In this document: in pieces, positions 60,847 to 64,000 of the stretch
How the letters are laid out: each line of letters opens with the position of its first letter
Position numbering within the stretch: the stretch's first letter is position 1
Origin: an uncultured Acidobacteriota bacterium
Lineage (GTDB): Bacteria; Acidobacteriota; Vicinamibacteria; Marinacidobacterales; DATDRI01
Reading direction: 5' to 3'
Assembly (NCBI GenBank): GCA_963697355.1
Contig: CAVONV010000008.1
Span: 206,764-270,763, forward strand
DNA: 64,000 nt
Notes under the pieces: model-generated
Database searches by the model: none
What the model saw: only the letters and a program-made list of their open reading frames with translations
What the model was told of the DNA's origin: nothing
Made by a program: the position numbers and the translations under genes

Positions 60847-60872
60847 GACAACTCACAACCAAAAGAGGAGTA

Positions 60873-63237
60873 ATGGTGACACATTCAAACTTCAAGAACA
60901 TTTGTGCGGCCGTGGCGCTTCTGGCCAGCATGGTCGGGGTAGCTTCGGCACAGGAAAAGCTCGATCGCACGGTCCTGCCAATCCAGGAACCGGAACGACC
61001 GACCTATAGCGAGCTGGACGTGCGCAACGTAGAGACGCCGCCGCGGTTTGAGGTGAAGGCACCCGAGAAAGCCCCCAACGTCGTGATCGTGCTGATCGAC
61101 GACATCGGCTTCGGCGGGCCCAGCACGTTCGGCGGTCCCATCCGCACGCCGACGCTGGACAGCCTGGCCGCGAACGGCCTACGCTACAACAATTTCCACA
61201 CCACGGCACTGTGTTCACCGACGAGGAACGCACTCAAGACCGGTCGGAACCATCACACCACCAACACCGGTTCCATCATGGAGACTGCTACAGCTTTCCC
61301 CGGCAACACCGGGCAGGTTCCGAACAGCGTTGCGCCATTGGCTGAAATGCTCCGACTCAACGGTTACAGCACCGGTGCGTTCGGCAAGTGGCACGAGACG
61401 GCCGCCTGGGAGACCAGCGTGTCGGGCCCATTCGACCGCTGGCCCACCCACCAGGGTTTCGACAAGTTCTACGGCTTCATCGGGGGCGAAACCGATCAGT
61501 GGTATCCGCTCATCTACGACGGTGTGACCAAGGTCAATCCGCCGCCAATGGAGAATTACCATTTCACCGTCGACATGACCAACCAGGCGATCAACTGGGT
61601 GAAAGCTCAGCAATCGATGACACCGGACAAGCCGTTCTTCGTGTATTACGCCACCGGCGCCGTCCATGCACCACATCATGTTCCCAAGGAGTGGGCGGAC
61701 AAGTACAAGGGAAAGTTCGACAAGGGCTGGGACCGGGTTCGGCAGGAAACGGTCGAGCGGCAGAAGCAAATGGGCGTCATTCCGGCGAATACGCAATTGG
61801 CCGACAAGCCGGAAGACATCAAGGATTGGGACACGTTGCCCGATAACCAGCGGCGCCTCTTCGCGCGCCAGGCTGAGGTGTTCGCAGGTTTCCTGGAGCA
61901 GACCGATCACGAGGTCGGCCGCTTGGTCGAAAGCGCTGGAGGACATCGGCGAGATGGACAACACCCTGTTCATCTACATCGCCGGCGACAACGGTACCAG
62001 CGCCGAGGGCGGCTTCGTCGGCATGTACAACGAGATGACCTACTTCAACGCCGTGACCGAGAAGGTGGAAGATCTCATACCGTTGATCGACAAGTGGGGC
62101 GGCCCGGAGACCTTCCCGCACATGGCTGCAGGCTGGGCGGTTGCGTTCGACGCGCCGTTTTCGTGGACCAAGCAGGTGGCTTCGGACTTCGGCGGCACCC
62201 GCAACGGCACGGTCATTCACTGGCCGAAGGGAATCGAGGAGAGAGGTGGTCTTCGCAGCCAGTTCTCGCACGTCATCGATGTGGCGCCCACCATCCTGGA
62301 GGCGGCCGGTCTGCCGGAGCCCAAGATCGTCAACGGAACACCGCAGACTCCCATCGAGGGCGTCAGCATGCTCTACACCTTCAACAATAAGGCGGCAACG
62401 GATCGGCACATCACCCAGTACTTCGAGATGTTCGGCAACCGCGCGATCTATCACGATGGCTGGCTTGCCCGAACCCTCCACCGGGCGCCGTGGCAGACCG
62501 GCCAGCAGAAACCGTTGGATTCCGACACCTGGGACCTCTACAACGTGCGAGAGGATTTCAGTCTCACCAACAACCTGGCCGCCAGTCAGCCCGAGAAGCT
62601 GAGGGAAATGCAGGGCCTGTTCATGTGGGAGGCCGAGAAGTATCATGCGCTGCCCATTGATGACCGGACGGTCGAGCGCGTGAATCCCGCCCTCGCCGGA
62701 CGACCGGATCTCCTGGGTGGGCGGACATCGCTCACGCTCTACTCGGGGATGCAGGGCATGTTGGAAAACACCTTCATCAACGTGAAGAACCAGTCCAAGA
62801 CGATCACGGCCGAGCTCGAGATCCCCAAGGGCGGGGCGAACGGTGTGATCCTGGCACAGGGTGGACGGTTCGGCGGGTGGTCACTCTACATGAAGGACGG
62901 AAAGCCGGTCTACACCTACAACTACCTCGGACTCTCGCGTTACACGGTCTCTGCGCCGAGCGCGATTCCAGCAGGACCTGCAACGGTCGAGCTCGACTTT
63001 GCGTACGACGGTGGCGGAATCGGCAAGGGCGGCATGGCAACACTCTCCGTAAACGGGAAGACCGTCGCGGAAGGTCGTATCGAAAAGACGCAGCCCTTGA
63101 TCTTCTCGGCGGATGAGACTGCTGATGTCGGCCTCGATAATCAGACACCCGTCGCTGAGGACATCGGCATCGGTTCGGAGACCCGCTTCACCGGCGAGAT
63201 CCGCAAAGTCACCGTCGAAGTGAAGGAAGTGAAGTAG
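60873..63237 (+). CDS. Arylsulfatase, single frameshift at about 61930
   Basis: CSPTR formylglycine motif, GKWH, DNG.S.EG and HVID motifs; extra A in GAAAGC. Confidence 0.88.
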
Positions 63238-63299
63238 GAACGGCCCGACACGATCCCGCTAGTAGACGATTGCAGCGGAGGGGATGGAGAGACAAGCTC

Positions 63300-64000
63300 G
63301 TGCAAAAAAACAAAATCACCATTGCTTCACTTTTGGCATTTCTGGTAACAGTGACAAGTCTGGTCTACGGTCAGGAATCCAGCCAAGCAGACCTTGCCAA
63401 GGCTACACAGAACCCGGTAAGTGATCTCATCAGCCTTCCCTTTCAGAACAACACCAACTTCAATTTCGGCCCTGCCGACAAGACCCAGAACATTCTCAAT
63501 ATCCAGCCCGTTTGGCCCATTCCGCTCACCGAAAAGTGGAACCTCATTACCCGAACGATTGTGCCGGTGACCTCACAACCTCCCTTTGCCGCTGAGCAGG
63601 ATCGGACCACCGGGTTAGGGGATACGACATTCACCGCCTTTATGTCACCCAAGGAAGCCGGGAAGGTTATCTGGGGTGCCGGTCCGGTATTGCTTCTGCC
63701 TACGGCAACAGACGATGTGCTTGGGTCGGACAAGTGGGGATTGGGTCCATCGGCGGTTTTGCTGACCATGCGCGGCAACTGGGTCATAGGCTCGTTGTTC
63801 AGCAATGTATGGTCGGTAGGGGGCGGGGGTGAAAATGATATCAAGCTTTTCACCTGGCAGTATTTTATCAACTACAACATGCCGGGAGGATGGTATCTGA
63901 CGTTAGCGCCCATCATCACAGCCAATTGGGAAGCGGATAGTGACAACAGGTGGACCGTTCCGTTTGGCGGCGGTGTAGGCAAGATCTTCCGGGTTGGAAA
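63300..64000 (+). CDS. Putative outer-membrane barrel protein ('neuromedin U'-annotated family), runs off the right edge
   Basis: Manual translation LAKATQNPVSDLISLPFQNN...NIQPV...GLGD...LG..KWGLGP. Confidence 0.75.
   Translation, partial: MQKNKITIASLLAFLVTVTSLVYGQESSQADLAKATQNPVSDLISLPFQNNTNFNFGPADKTQNILNIQPVWPIPLTEKWNLITRTIVPVTSQPPFAAEQDRTTGLGDTTFTAFMSPKEAGKVIWGAGPVLLLPTATDDVLGSDKWGLGPSAVLLTMRGNWVIGSLFSNVWSVGGGGENDIKLFTWQYFINYNMPGGWYLTLAPIITANWEADSDNRWTVPFGGGVGKIFRVG

Noticed and set aside
1-64000. rRNA, tRNA or CRISPR arrays
   Set aside because: None recognisable by eye; a tRNAscan/Rfam run would be needed to exclude them fully.

Overview
GC-rich bacterial accessory region, probably from an Acidobacteriota genome (inferred from an ADOP-type duplicated ABC permease). 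It is a patchwork of intact metabolic genes and debris. Intact genes include an ActB/QrcB-like molybdopterin-family subunit, GH57, a DODA dioxygenase, a c-type cytochrome, an M28 peptidase, LtrA, a peptide-binding protein, Fe-ADH, a BNR protein, an MDR oxidoreductase and a MalT-like LuxR regulator. The debris comprises many truncated or frameshifted genes, transposon relics (two Tn3-type 38-bp IRs, an IS6 copy plus a MITE with the same ends, IS5/IS1595/rve fragments, an integrase relic), several toxin-antitoxin modules, attC-like relics and internal duplications. The best novelty candidate is a tightly coupled operon at 37.3-43.5 kb. It encodes a divergent RtcB-fold protein with an FkbM methyltransferase, an APH-type kinase and glycosyltransferases, and it lies between IS6-type ends. 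All family calls come from motif recognition by eye; no searches were run.
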